Assembly: GCA_951406725.2 (NCBI GenBank) | Contig: OX597833.1 | Span: 3,100,001 to 3,164,000, forward strand | Length of the DNA stretch: 64,000 bases | Source of the DNA: Octopus vulgaris | Lineage: Eukaryota | Direction of reading: 5' to 3' | Shown here: one piece after another, positions 25,261 to 37,245 of the stretch | How positions within the stretch are numbered: position 1 is the stretch's first letter | How the letters are laid out: each line of letters begins with the position of its first letter | Notes under the pieces: model-generated | Database searches by the model: none | Told to the model about the DNA's origin: nothing | The model's input: the letters and a program-made list of their open reading frames with translations, nothing else | Made by a program: the position numbers and the translations under genes

Positions 25261-26998
25261 TAAGATGACATACCCATTGATGTATTTAACTAGTTACAGG
25301 GCCCAGTAAAGTGGGGAGGAGAGCAAGTGTGTGAAAGGAGGGGTGGTTTGACTACTATTTTCAGCGTTGAGCCTGCTTCAATGCATCTGTGTATATATAT
25401 ATATATATATATACATCTGTTGCATTTGCATGCACATATATTCATTTATACATGTGCATATGCATACATAGACAGACAGACAGACAGACCACTGCATGGC
25501 TAAACCTAAGACAGGGGGTTGGGGAACACTCTGACCACAAAAGAAATGTTTGACCATTAGCGCGTCAGAAGTGGGAGCCGAGCCAAGACTAGGGCATATG
25601 TGTGTGTGTGTGTGTATGTGTGTTTAGTGAGGGGACATCTACATAGAAGTTATGGCGGCGGTGGTATTGGTGGTGGTGGTGGTGGTGGTGGCAGTTAATG
25701 TTGAGAAAATATTTTTAAAGAGAAAATATTTTTTAAAAAACATGAAAAGAAAAAAACAAGCGAAAATATAGAAGACAGTGGTCAGTTTTAATCCCCCTCC
25801 TCCCCCACATCTTCTCCTTCTGCTCCACTGTCCAGACAGCACAGCAAGGGAGGGAGATTATTCGGTGGTCAGATCGTGGTGGGAAAAGAATAAGGGATTG
25901 TTGTTGTTGTTGTTGTTGGTGGTGGTGGTCAAATAGTTTAAGCCTCTTTTTTTTAGCCAAAGAGTGAGAAATATGGAAACAGAGATGAACAGTGTCACTA
26001 ACCTTTGATTTTGCATCTGAGATTTTCAAACATTTAAAGTAATAAAAAATTATAAAAAAAAGCTTGAAATAAGGGATTCTAATTTTGGGCACAAGGCCAG
26101 CAATTTTTGTCTGATGTGTGTGTGTGTCTGTGGGGGGGAGCGTCAAGTCAATGACGCTGACCCCTTCCCAGCGGGGAGTTGGTGGGGGGCTTGACTGACA
26201 TTACCTATTTTTACCGAAACCCTACCCTACCGTACCCTAACCCTACATCACGGAAAGGACGAAAGGCCAAGTTGGTTGTTGGCATAGGCAGGGGATTTCA
26301 AATTCAAATTCAGATTATTAAGAGGTGGAACAAATGATGTCGGGGGTGGAATTTTTGCTCAACACACTTCACAATTCTGCAAAAGTCCATCGGACCATTT
26401 CTACAGTTTTGAACTAATTCCAATTGCCAGGAGCACTAAACAGACTTAAAAATTAACATCAACACACACGGACACACTGACACACACATACACAGGATCT
26501 GTGCATGTAGCAGAAATAATGACAGCGATAAACAACTGCGATACACAACACTGAATAGATATTGATTAATTAACGAGCTAACTTCATTATTATTATTATT
26601 ATTATTATTCATTTATTTATCTATGTATTACTCTACAATGCTTACAAATACTTTCAGCTTGTAATAAATATGTAATTCGGTGGGGTCGAACGTTCGTTCG
26701 GTGGGAAGTAATTAAGAACATTTGAGTTGTTCGTTTGTTTTGACTTGTCTTGCTTTTGATTAAGATTTTCCTTTGTCTCCCTAATACAGAATATACACAC
26801 ACACACACACGTGTATATACGCATATATATTTTTATTTATATGTATATATGTGTGAAATATGTATGTATGTTCAGAACACACACACACATAAATGTGTAT
26901 ATACGCATACATATATACACATATATATTTTTATTTATATATATATATATGTGAAATATGTATGTATGTTCAGAATATACACACATATATTTTTATTT

Positions 26999-27029
<31 letters not shown>

Positions 27030-27394
27030 ATGTGTGTGTGTGTGTGTGAAATATGTATGTATGTTCATGTAGAGATGTTCAGATAGATGTGAGAGAATAT
27101 CTAACTGGCAAGATATTAGCTAAAATTTAAAAAAAAAAAAAGAAAAGAGAAATGGATATGCTACACACACATACACACACATTTGTAAAGCAAATGCGAA
27201 GTATACTGACCCAAAGGTGACCCCCTACAATGGACAACGGCCAGCGGATGGCTCGGTTGTTTTTGAACAGGTAGGTCCCAGGCAAAGCAACTCAAGTGGT
27301 TGCAGAATAACTAAACGTATCTACATACATAGAGAGTGTATATATTGATGTGAGTGTATATATATCTAATAACCTTAGCCAGATGAGTAGAGGA

Positions 27395-27448
<54 letters not shown>

Positions 27449-29597
27449 GTATGTGTGTGTATAAGACATCAGATAAATGCAATTTCTACACCTGAAAAAT
27501 ATAAAGATAATGTGTGCACCACACACACACATTCATGCATACTATACATATATACACTTTTCTGTGTGTGTGTATGTGTGTGAATATATACGTAAGGGTA
27601 AAAATGTAAATTTATGAAATTGAAGCTTTTAATAAAAAAAAAACCATTCACAAGGCCAGAGATTTTGGTAGAGAAGGTGGGTGGTCAGACAATTACATTG
27701 ACCGCAATTTTTCACTGGGACTTCATCTTATCGACCCCCCCAGAAAGGGGACGAAAGGCAAAGTTGATCCTGGTGGGATTTGAAACTCAGATCACAAAAG
27801 AGCCAGAATGAATACCACAAGGTATTCTATCCGACAGTTTAAAGATTCTGTCAGCTCCCCCCCCCCGGCCCACCCCAAATATAAATAATAATAATAATAA
27901 TAATCTCATCATAATCATCATCATCATTGTTAACTAATTAGGTAATTATTAAATGGCTTGTTTTTTTTCAATTTTAATTAGTAGTTCGTTATAAGAGACT
28001 GATAATAAAATACCGGGAAAAAAAAAAACCGGGGAGGTGCATAATTGGTGGGTAAGTCACAAGGGTGATAGTAGTGGTAGGGGTTGGGGGGGGAGTGAAC
28101 GACAACAATGGTGGTGGGGAGGGGGTGGCAACAGTGGTAATGGAGGAGCCGACGACAGGGGGTGGTTGTGAAAGCGGTGGTAACAAACACCCACCCACCC
28201 ACCTACTGACCTATTCCTTCGCACTTGCCGAATACCAAGGGAGCCTCCCCCCCCTTTCCGGCCCTTCATCCTCGATCCCCTGCTGCACTACCACAGATCC
28301 ACTCCTCGTGCACCTTTCAAAGGGAGCCATATTTAACACAACACTAATAGTACGGTAGTAGTAGTAGTAGTAGTAATAGATATAATAATAATACTAATGA
28401 TGATAGTAATATTTCTAATGTTGGCACAAGGCCGGCAATTTTGGAGCAAAGAAAAGAAAAGGGATGGGGGAGGGCATTGATTGAAATTGACCCCTGTATA
28501 TAACTGGTATTTTCATTTTATTGACCCCAAGAGGAGTGAAAAAAAAAAAAAAAAAATCAACCACGGTGGGATTTGAACTCAGAATGTAAAGAGAGGTAAT
28601 TCAGCAACGCAACATGACATCTCTGCGAGTTTCACCAAGATTCTGCAACGCTACAGTCTGTTGTCGATAACGATTATTTGTCCTTTAGCAGGTGTTGGTT
28701 CGTTTGCGTTCGTTTGTTTGTTTTGTAGTAGGAATAAAGCTGGGAAGGGAGAGAAAGAGTCAACCCCGCTTAACCAACCCACCCACCTCACATTGCAGAT
28801 TCCTCTTCACCAAGTCCTGCCATCCTCAAAATTCCCCACCCCCACCGACAAACCTGACCACCGTTTCTCTCACCTCCTGTTTGGCTGGGTTTTTTTTTTT
28901 AAGGGGTCGGTAGGTAGATAGGTAAGGTAGGGAAGGAGGGAAGAAGGGGAAGGTTCATGCTTTATCACACCCCTTAGTCCCTATCCATGCCACTCCACCC
29001 TTACCACCCAGCCCTAGGTCAAATTCATTTCCTGCACCCCCACCTCCCCAACGCACTCCCCTGATTCTCCTTCACCCCTGGGACCTGCCACCTCCCCACA
29101 GCAACCACCCACCACTGCCACCGCCGCCGCCGACACCAACTGACTGCGAAGGGGGAGAAGGTGAAAGGGGGAGGAGGAGCAGGAGGAGGAGGAGGACAAA
29201 AAAAAAAAAAAATAAAATAAAGCAACTCTCCACTCCCAAAATATACATATAGTAGTAGTAGTAGTAATAATGATAGTTGTAGTAGTAGTAGTAATAGTAG
29301 TAGTAGTAGTAGCTGTAGTAAAACAATCAACACAGACTCCTGCATAGTTTCTGCTTCTACACTTTGTTTTTGTTTAATTTTGTTGTTTTTTTTTATATGT
29401 GTGTTTGTGTGTGTGTGTGTATGTGTGTATATATATATATATCTGTATGTGTGCATGTGTGTGTGTGTGTGTTGTTTATGTCTTCTGTATTACAATAATA
29501 ATAATAATAATAATGTTTGTTGCTGGTGTCGAAAAAAAGGTAAAAAAAAAAACCTTTTTTTTTTGTCTTGTAAAAATTATTATTATTAATAATATTA

Positions 29598-29635
<38 letters not shown>

Positions 29636-29646
29636 ATTATTTGTTA

Positions 29647-29901
29647 TTACTGATTCTGCATCTCAAAATATCTATATGTTGGGTTCTCGTAGCCATTCAT
29701 CTGCATGTTGGCCACGTGGCGTTCCTCGGGGGAGGCTGCAGGGTCGACCTCGACAAAGCCGTGCGTGACGCGCTGCCTCTGGCTGCGTCTCCTCAGCATC
29801 ACAACAGCAACCAGAATTATGATGAAGACGGCCACTCCGCCAATGGCAATGCCAACCACGCTGTTGGCTGGGCTGTTGTTGTACAGATGATCAAGGGAAA
29901 C
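29647..29901 (-). CDS. APP: APP terminal coding exon: TM helix and intracellular domain with VEVD, SPEERH and GYENPTY
   Basis: HGFVEVD.AASPEERH...NGYENPTYRYFE is the APP intracellular domain; acceptor ttgcag|GTT; stop TAA at 29649-29647. Confidence 0.97.
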   Translation of the reverse strand, partial: VSLDHLYNNSPANSVVGIAIGGVAVFIIILVAVVMLRRRSQRQRVTHGFVEVDPAASPEERHVANMQMNGYENPTYRYFEMQNQ

Positions 29902-30172
29902 CTGCAACGAAGAAATAGACAGGAGAAAAGATGAAGGCAGTTATTAAAAAAAGACGAAGAACAAGAGAAATATCAGACTTACAGAAATGAAGTTTGGGTC
30001 AACCCACAAGGTTACTCACCAAAAACTTTAGCAAACCAACACATGTCAAAATCTTAACATTACTAGACTTACTACACAGCATTGCCTGGTAAAGTATTCA
30101 CTGAATTGTTTGCCAGTTTGTAGAATGGGAATTAACGGTACTTATGCACGTATATATATATAATAATAATAA

Positions 30173-30534
30173 CTAGTACTATGACCCAGCGTTGCCGGCT
30201 CATAGTGCTAGTGCATGCATATACAGCTGCATGCGTGCACACATACACGCGAGTACTGTCCAAATCTCCAACCAATCACATACAGCTAGCTGGCATTCAA
30301 TTGGCGTATCAAGTTTCGGGCATTTTGATTGGGTTTTCGATAGAAAATTCACAAAAAAGTCACTTCTATTGATTTTTTAATGGCTTTGCGGGGTGACTGG
30401 GGAAATGTAAAAATGTGCACGACCACCCTTGGATGGCTTTGAATGACCATAGAAAGTGCGAGTCCTCTAACTGAAAAATTGTGGATTTGTATAAAGGACG
30501 GACACACAGACATTTTGCCGTTTATATATAGAGA
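30173..30534 (-). mobile_element. Non-autonomous Helitron
   Basis: Minus strand A|TCTCTATATATAAA ... GC-rich subterminal segment ... CTAG|T. Confidence 0.7.
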
Positions 30535-30952
30535 TGATAATAATAATAATGAAATTATTGTATGCAGTGCTCAGGTGCACCACAACAAAATAAATGCGCC
30601 CTTTTAAAGTGTAGCCAGGCTCATGGGCCCAGTTTCCCGGTTTCTATGGTGTATGTGTCCCCCTCCCCCAGCTGGATGGGATGCCAGTCCATCGCAGCAT
30701 TACCCATTTTTGCCAGCTGAGTGGACTGGAGCAATGTGAAATGAAGTGTTTTGCTCAAGAACACAACATGTCGCCCGGTCCAGGAATCGAAACCACAATC
30801 TTCCGATCATGATGCTGACACCCTAACCTCTAAGCCACGTGCCTCCACTATTTAACCTAACTTCTGGACTTATTTAATTGGAACTTTTCAGCACACACCC
30901 CCACATATACATACACACACACAAACGTATATACAAAGCATATATATATCCC

Positions 30953-31520
30953 CCTATCTGGGACCCCTATCTTGCCCAGGATATCAATCGCCTGGAAGCC
31001 GTTCAGAGACATGCAACCAAAAGAATACCCTCCATCAGGTATTTGCCATATTCTGAACGCCTTACTTCCCTGGGCATGGACACATTGAAACTCTGACGTC
31101 TGGCAGCTGACTTGGCAGACACCCATAAAATTATCAACCATCGTACAAACAATAACTCTGAGCACCTTTTCAAACTCCACCCATCTAACATCCGTGGACA
31201 TGTTTACAAAGTCAGAAAACAGTACAGCTCCCATGACTTTCGGAAACATTTTTTCACGCTGAGAGTTGCTGAAGCATGGAACAAACTGCCGGCATCAGTT
31301 GTTAGTTGTCGGAGCACTGCATCCTTCAAAACTTCCATGCTTCCTGAGATTCACCAACTCTACACCTGATCTTTCTCCCCTCCATACACACGCAAGCATG
31401 TATCTGACTCATACACTGTTCGCTTCCCAGACATTTGTACATTACTGCATATGCTTTATATGCACTTTCTGACAAGTTGTGGTGCACCTGAGCACTGTAT
31501 ACAATAATTTCATTATTATT
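30953..31520 (+). mobile_element. CR1-clade LINE 3' fragment
   Basis: WDPY...LEAVQRHATK...LPYSERL...RGH..K...RKHFFTLRVAEAWNKLP; in-frame stop; (ATT)n tail. Confidence 0.85.
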
Positions 31521-31526
31521 ATTATT

Positions 31527-32075
31527 GAGTGAGAGAGCAGTTCATGCCATCAAAGTGACACTGGGGTAAAATATACGAAGCCCAATATACCCATCATGAC
31601 TACCCGTCTGATAAGGGTACACCAGGCACATGCATCACAACCATATGTGCGCGACATGGTGATCTCATATCAAGGTAAACAGCGCATGACCTTGCAGGTG
31701 GGGCCCAGTTAGAATTTTCTTCATGTCGAGTAGTCCATCCCGCTCAAAAGGTCCCTGAATAAGGGTTGTTTAAGGATGTTGAAAGAACCACCCATGTTTC
31801 CAGAGGTGAATTATTCAAACCCCAAAGAATCCCTCTCAACACATGGCTATGATGCTCCCCGACTACTTCTGCTCGTGATCAGAGATGCACATATCGTCAG
31901 CCACTAAGGGACATGCTCAACTGGTTAAGGTCAAACGACTGACAAGCAAATCTGTGGTATTGAGCAGAATATTTGCTGTAGCCCATCTTTTATACCAAGA
32001 CAAAACAATGTACATGATAACACTTCCAATCAGTTAAGATCAGAAGCCATGAGAGCCACTGCCTGGTACTGCATC
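31527..32075. mobile_element. Non-coding interspersed repeat bounded by (ATT)n; inverted partial copies at 43268-44140
   Basis: Near-identical reverse-complement sequence at 43268-44140; TAA/ATT flanks suggest a Dong/R4-related non-autonomous element. Confidence 0.6.
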
Positions 32076-32149
32076 ATTATTATTATTATTATTATATACA
32101 CATATATATACATAGTTATCGATATAGGTGAGGATAAAAAAGAACTTAC

Positions 32150-32415
32150 CTGCTCAGCAATGAATGGTTGCTGACCAGAGTGAGCATGGTACTTGGGACG
32201 ATTTTGCTGAACGTGTTCATGCGCTGGACGTTCAATGTACGTCGGACGTTCGTCTTCTATGGACTCAGAGTCAAAGATGGGAGGCCTCTCCTCCAGCATC
32301 TGCTGCTGCTGTGGTGCTTGTTGTTGTTCTGGTTGTTGTTCCTGTTGTTGTTCTTCTGGCTCATCTGGTTCAGCTTTGGTGGGTTTCACCTTGTCATCGA
32401 TCTCGGTCACAGCTT
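32150..32415 (-). CDS. APP: APP exon, Glu/Gln-rich juxtamembrane linker (EAVTEIDDK...QQPFIAEQ)
   Basis: Acceptor gcatcag|AA, donor CAG|gtaagt; 266 nt, phase 1-0, fits both neighbouring exons. Confidence 0.85.
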
Positions 32416-33549
32416 CTGATGCAACAAACAATTGAAAATTAACTTTTTTTTATGTGTGACAAGGAGGGGGGGGGGGGGGCTTGAGAGCAAATAAAAAATT
32501 AAAAAAACCCCAAACCCAACACTTTATTCCACATTCCCAGAAATATCAAAACACAATTTTTAAAATAAACTTATTTGCCCCTAAACTGGTGACAGTATTA
32601 AATGATACGATGGGGGCCAAAGATACTCTCGAGTATCAAATTGCCAGACACAACTGATTAAAACACGTTTAGGCACTTCAGGTATTTGTGGGTTCAAATC
32701 CTCCCAGACAACTTCAACTGCTAGACTCAATAAAATATACCAGAATTCAAAAATGCTCAAAATCTCCCTAAAATGGTATCCAGATTTTAAGGGGTAGGAT
32801 AGAGCTTTGAATCTCCAAAGAAAACTTCTCTAGTGACTGGTGATGTTATTATTTTATAATTTTAATTTACGTTATCATCGACTTGAACAGAGATTTGGAA
32901 TTTGAAGAAGGGCACAGAGAGAAAATTTTTCTAGTGTTTGTTATGTTATCAGTCACCATAGCAACTGTAACACTGTTGGGCATCAGTCACCATGGCAACA
33001 TATAACATTATCTTTTATCTTTTACTTGTTTCAGTCATTTGACTGTGGCCATTCTAAAGCACTGCCTTTAGTCAAACAAATTTTTTGTAAGCCTAGAACT
33101 TATTTTATCAGTATCTTTTGCTGAACTGCTAAGTTACCGGGACATAAACACACCAACATTGGTTGTCAAGCGATGTTGAGGGGACAAACACAGACACACA
33201 AACATATATATATACATATATATGACTGGCTTCTTCCAGTTTCCATCGACCAAATCCACTCACAAGGCTATAGAAAAAGGCACTTGCCCAAGGTGCCACA
33301 CAGTGGGACTGAACCTGGAACCATGTGGTTGGTAAGCAAGCAAGCTACTTACCACACAGCCGTTAATATGGCAACAATGACATCATCAACAACCGTGACA
33401 ATAGTGACACCCATTCAGCCTCAGTTGCCATGCAAACCACAATACCATCTGAGCTCAATTACCATAGCAACCAGAACATTATCTGGCCTCGTCTATCACA
33501 GCAACCACAACACCATGAAGCTTCACTTGTCTCATATCCCAAAACTTAC

Positions 33550-33693
33550 CATCATCATCATCGTCGTCATCACCATCGGAATAATCGTCAGATTTCTCAT
33601 TTTCAGCAGGGGTCTCTTCTGGGGCAGGATCTTCATGAAGGAGGTACTTCATGGAGTTAGCATTGATTCCTTGGAATTTAGCCAAAAATTTTT
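33550..33693 (-). CDS. APP: APP exon, post-E2 acidic linker (EKFLAKFQGINANS...DDDDDDD)
   Basis: Open frame with acceptor tttgcag|AA and donor G|gtaagt; 144 nt, phase 1-1, fits both neighbouring exons. Confidence 0.85.
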
Positions 33694-33785
33694 CTGCAAA
33701 AGTCAAAGAGGACAAAAGAATTGAAAAGAGGGAAGAAAACAAAGATGGTTGGTTGTAGACATCTGAACAGAATTCCGGCCCTAAA

Positions 33786-34055
33786 TCTCTCTCTATATAT
33801 ATAAAGCTGAGGTTGTCTGTGTGTGGCAGGTTTGGTAGCCTTCAACTAGCACTATCTCTTCCGAGACCCTACGGCGCAAGTTGACCAAAATTGAGAGTAT
33901 GATAGAAGAAGGCTTGCTCTTCCTTCCATAGAAGAAAAAATTCTAATCGGACCATGTTAACACCAAAAATTATTTACATCAAAAAGGTGCTTTTTTTTTT
34001 TTTTATGAAAATCCCTATTTTTTACGATTTTTTGACAGCTGTGTCGCCATTTTTC
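33786..34055 (+). mobile_element. Helitron 5' fragment (same family as 57858-58250)
   Basis: A|TCTCTCTCTATATATATAAAGC start; reverse-complement match to ~57990-58250. Confidence 0.75.
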
Positions 34056-34504
34056 TAGTTGATTACATCGACCCCAGTGTTTCATTGGTACTTGATTTAT
34101 CAACCCTGAAAGGATGAAGGGTAAAATCAACCTCAACAGAATTTGAACTCAGAACTTGAAGGACGAAATACCACAAAACATTTTGCCTGGCATGCTAAAG
34201 ATTTTGCCAATTCACTGCTGTAATAATAATTAGTTTTAATTTTGGCACAAGGCAAGAAATTTTGTGGGGTTGAAGGATAAATGATTATATCAACCCCAAT
34301 TTTTTACTGGTACTCGTTTTATCAACACCCCAAAAAAGATGAAAGGCAGAGTTAACCTCTGCGCAATTTGAGCTCAAAAAATGTAATAAGAAACACAACC
34401 AAATATTTGGTCTGAAGTTCAACAAAGCCAATCTGTGTTTTATTACATATTGTATTGTAATCTTCTTCCTTCTTCTTGTATAATGATGATAATAAAAAAA
34501 AATA

Positions 34505-34860
34505 TCATCATCATCGTTTAACGTCCGTTCTCCATGCTAGCATGGGTTGGACGGTTCGACCGGGGATCTGGGAAGCCAGAAGGCTGCACCAGGCTCCAGT
34601 CTTATCTGGCAATGTTTCTACGGCTGGATGCCCTTCCTAACGCCAACCACTCCGTGAGTGTAGTGGGTACTTTTTATGTGCCACCTGCACAGGTGCCAGG
34701 CGAGGCTGGCAATGGCCACGGTCGGATTGGTACATTTTACATGCCACCAGCACGGAAGCCAGTCGAGGCGGCACTGGCATCGGCCACGATTCGGATGGTG
34801 CTTTTTACGTGCCACCGGCACGGAAGCCAGTCGAGGCGGCACTGGCATCGGCCACGATTC
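34505..34860 (-). mobile_element. Family C retroposon, 50 nt from an APP exon donor
   Basis: Match to family C, three module cores. Confidence 0.75.
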
Positions 34861-34909
34861 AAAAAAATATACAATGTTAAAACCTGTCTTACCAGGACGG
34901 GAAACTTAC

Positions 34910-35138
34910 CAACTTTGGGTCGTACATCTCTGTCGACAGCGGAGTTTCTCTTGAGCCAATCAAGCATACGACGGATTCGTTCATCAATGAGGTTCAAGTG
35001 TTCAATGACACGTTCTCGGATGTTGCTTGCCTCCTTTGGATCAGTGTCATGCAAGTGTTGGTAGTGTTTGATGGCATGGGTGCGGTCCTTCTGTTCCACT
35101 CTGATGTAGGCAATGGCAGTCTTCTCAATCCTGTGGAC
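34910..35138 (-). CDS. APP: APP exon, E2 C-term (VHRIEKTAIAYIRVEQKDRTHAIKHYQHL...RPKV)
   Basis: YIRVEQKDRTH..KHY.H matches human YVRAEQKDRQHTLKHFEH; acceptor caacag|GTC, donor G|gtaagt; 229 nt, phase 0-1. Confidence 0.95.
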
Positions 35139-35380
35139 CTGTTGTTTTGGAAGGTAAGAGAAGGATTAAGGGATAACTGCTGAGGGATTGAGGACGACGA
35201 CAGAGGGACTGAGGACGACAACGCAGGCAATGAGGACGACAACGGAGCGACTGAGATTGACGACGGAGGGATTTAAGACAACGACATTATATAGATGGAG
35301 TAAAAGATATGAGAGATGGGTGGATTAAGGGAGATGATAAGTGGATGAAAGAGAAAGACAGATGGATTGACAGACAGAGG

Positions 35381-35690
35381 GATCAAGACGACAGACAGGC
35401 AGATCAAGACGACAGACAGGCGGATCAAGACGACAGACATGCGGATCAAGACGGCAGACAGGCGGATCAAGACGGCAGACAGGCGGATCAAGACGAAAGA
35501 CAGGTGGATCAAGACGACAGACCGATGGATCAAGAAGGCAGACAGATGGATCAAGACGACAGACAGACAGATCAAGGACAGACAGACGGATCAAGAGAAC
35601 AGACAGATGGATCAAGAGGACAGACAGATGGATCAAGAGGACAGACAGACGGATCAAGAGAACAGACAGACGGATCAAGAAGGCAGACAG
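35381..35690. repeat. 21-bp minisatellite (GATCAAGACGACAGACAGGCG)n, about 14 units
   Basis: Direct inspection. Confidence 0.9.
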
Positions 35691-35897
35691 ATGAAAGGTA
35701 GGTTATTAGAGATGACAAAATGATTATGGAAAACAACAGAATGACAAAGATTAAGGGAGGCAATAGAAAGATTGAGGAAGGCAGCAGAAGGACCAAGGAA
35801 GGGGACAGTCAGATTAAGCAGGTGGGTTAACGAAGACAATAAAAGGGTAAAATTAACACAAACATAGACATACATGCCAAGGCCGAGAGTAGCTTAC

Positions 35898-36056
35898 GTT
35901 CACATGGTTTTCTTCGAGGTAAGATTGAAGGGCTTTCATTAAGTTCCTCTTCTTGACGTTGATGTTACTCTGCACACGTTGTTGGTGGATGGCAATGAGT
36001 TGTTTCTTCTCAAGGATGGTCTCTTGTCCGTATGCCTTGTAAATCTTGTTGTAGCG
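35898..36056 (-). CDS. APP: APP exon, E2 (RYNKIYKAYGQETILEKKQLIAIHQQRVQSNIN...ENHVN)
   Basis: Translated by hand; EKKQL..HQQRV matches E2 ERQQLVETHMARV; acceptor cctcag|CGC, donor AAC|gtaagc; 159 nt, phase 0-0. Confidence 0.92.
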
Positions 36057-36204
36057 CTGAGGGAGGGCGAAAGGTACAGCAGCAGCAGCAGCAACAACGC
36101 ATCAGGGGAGAAATAAAAGACAGAAATCGTTTCAAGTTAAACAGCAGCAGAAACCAAGCTCTAAAATATGGCTAAATAGAATATTTTTTATTTTTATTTT
36201 TTTT

Positions 36205-36572
36205 TTACTTGTTTCAGTCATTTGACAGCGGCCATGCTGGAGCACCGCCTTTTAGTCGAGCAAATCGACCCCGGTACTTATTCTTTGTAAGCCCAGTACT
36301 TATTCTATCGGTCTCTTTTTGCCGAACCGCTAAGTGACGGGGACGTAAACACACCAGCATCGGTTGTCGAGCAATGCTAGGGGGACAAACACACACACAT
36401 ACATACATATATACGACAGGCTTCTTTCAGTTTCCGTCAACCAAATCCACTCACAAGGCATTGGTCGGCCCAGGGCTATAGCAGAAGACACTTGCCCAAG
36501 ATGCCACGCAGTGGGACTGAACCCGGAACCATGTGGTTCGTAAGCAAGCTACTTACCACACAGCCACTCCTG
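36205..36572 (-). mobile_element. SINE family B
   Basis: Reverse complement of family B. Confidence 0.8.
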
Positions 36573-37245
36573 TATATAAAATTTACCAACATGGAGTGAA
36601 ATTAATAACTTGCCAACAAATTCACTGTATTTCTTTCTTTTACTACAATAATATAAGTTCCGGTTAAGGTACCCTGCGCCTTAGACCACTCGCCCATTCT
36701 TACCAACACAGACTGAACCCAACCAGGGATCATATTTAAAAACAGACTGACTCAGCTCCCTTTCTCTCACTCTTTCACTTTTTCTTAAAGTTTTGTGGGC
36801 TCATAGGACAAACCCTTGTCGTCAGATATCCAGAGAGGACTCCTTTTTTCTCTAGATATCTGATGACATGGGTTCATATCATGAACCAATGAAATTTTAA
36901 ACCACACGCAGTTAAACTGTTATTAAATATGTTGTTGTTGTTTGTTCCTTCTTGACCCATGCCTGGCTCATAAGGGCCGGTTTCCCAGTTTCATTGGCGT
37001 ATAGGTTCACCCACCTGGACTGGACACCAGTCCATCGCAGGAGGAAAGAGTGAGTAGAAGTTTGCCATTACCTTCTGCCGGAGCGGTGTTGAGCTTAAGT
37101 GTTTCGCTCATAAACACACACATCACCCCGGTCTGAGATTCGAACCCGTGATCCCTCGACCGCGAGTCCGCTACTCTAACCACTAGGCTGACCCTTTGAA
37201 ATACTGGTATGACTGTATTTTTGCCAGCTGAGTGGACTGAAGCAA

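Noticed and set aside
29641-29934. Plus-strand ORFs opposite APP exons (also 32164-32442, 46280-46936)
   Set aside because: Antisense shadows of real coding exons and adjacent repeats
35273-35796. Stacked repetitive ORFs on both strands
   Set aside because: Product of a stop-free 21-bp minisatellite inside an APP intron
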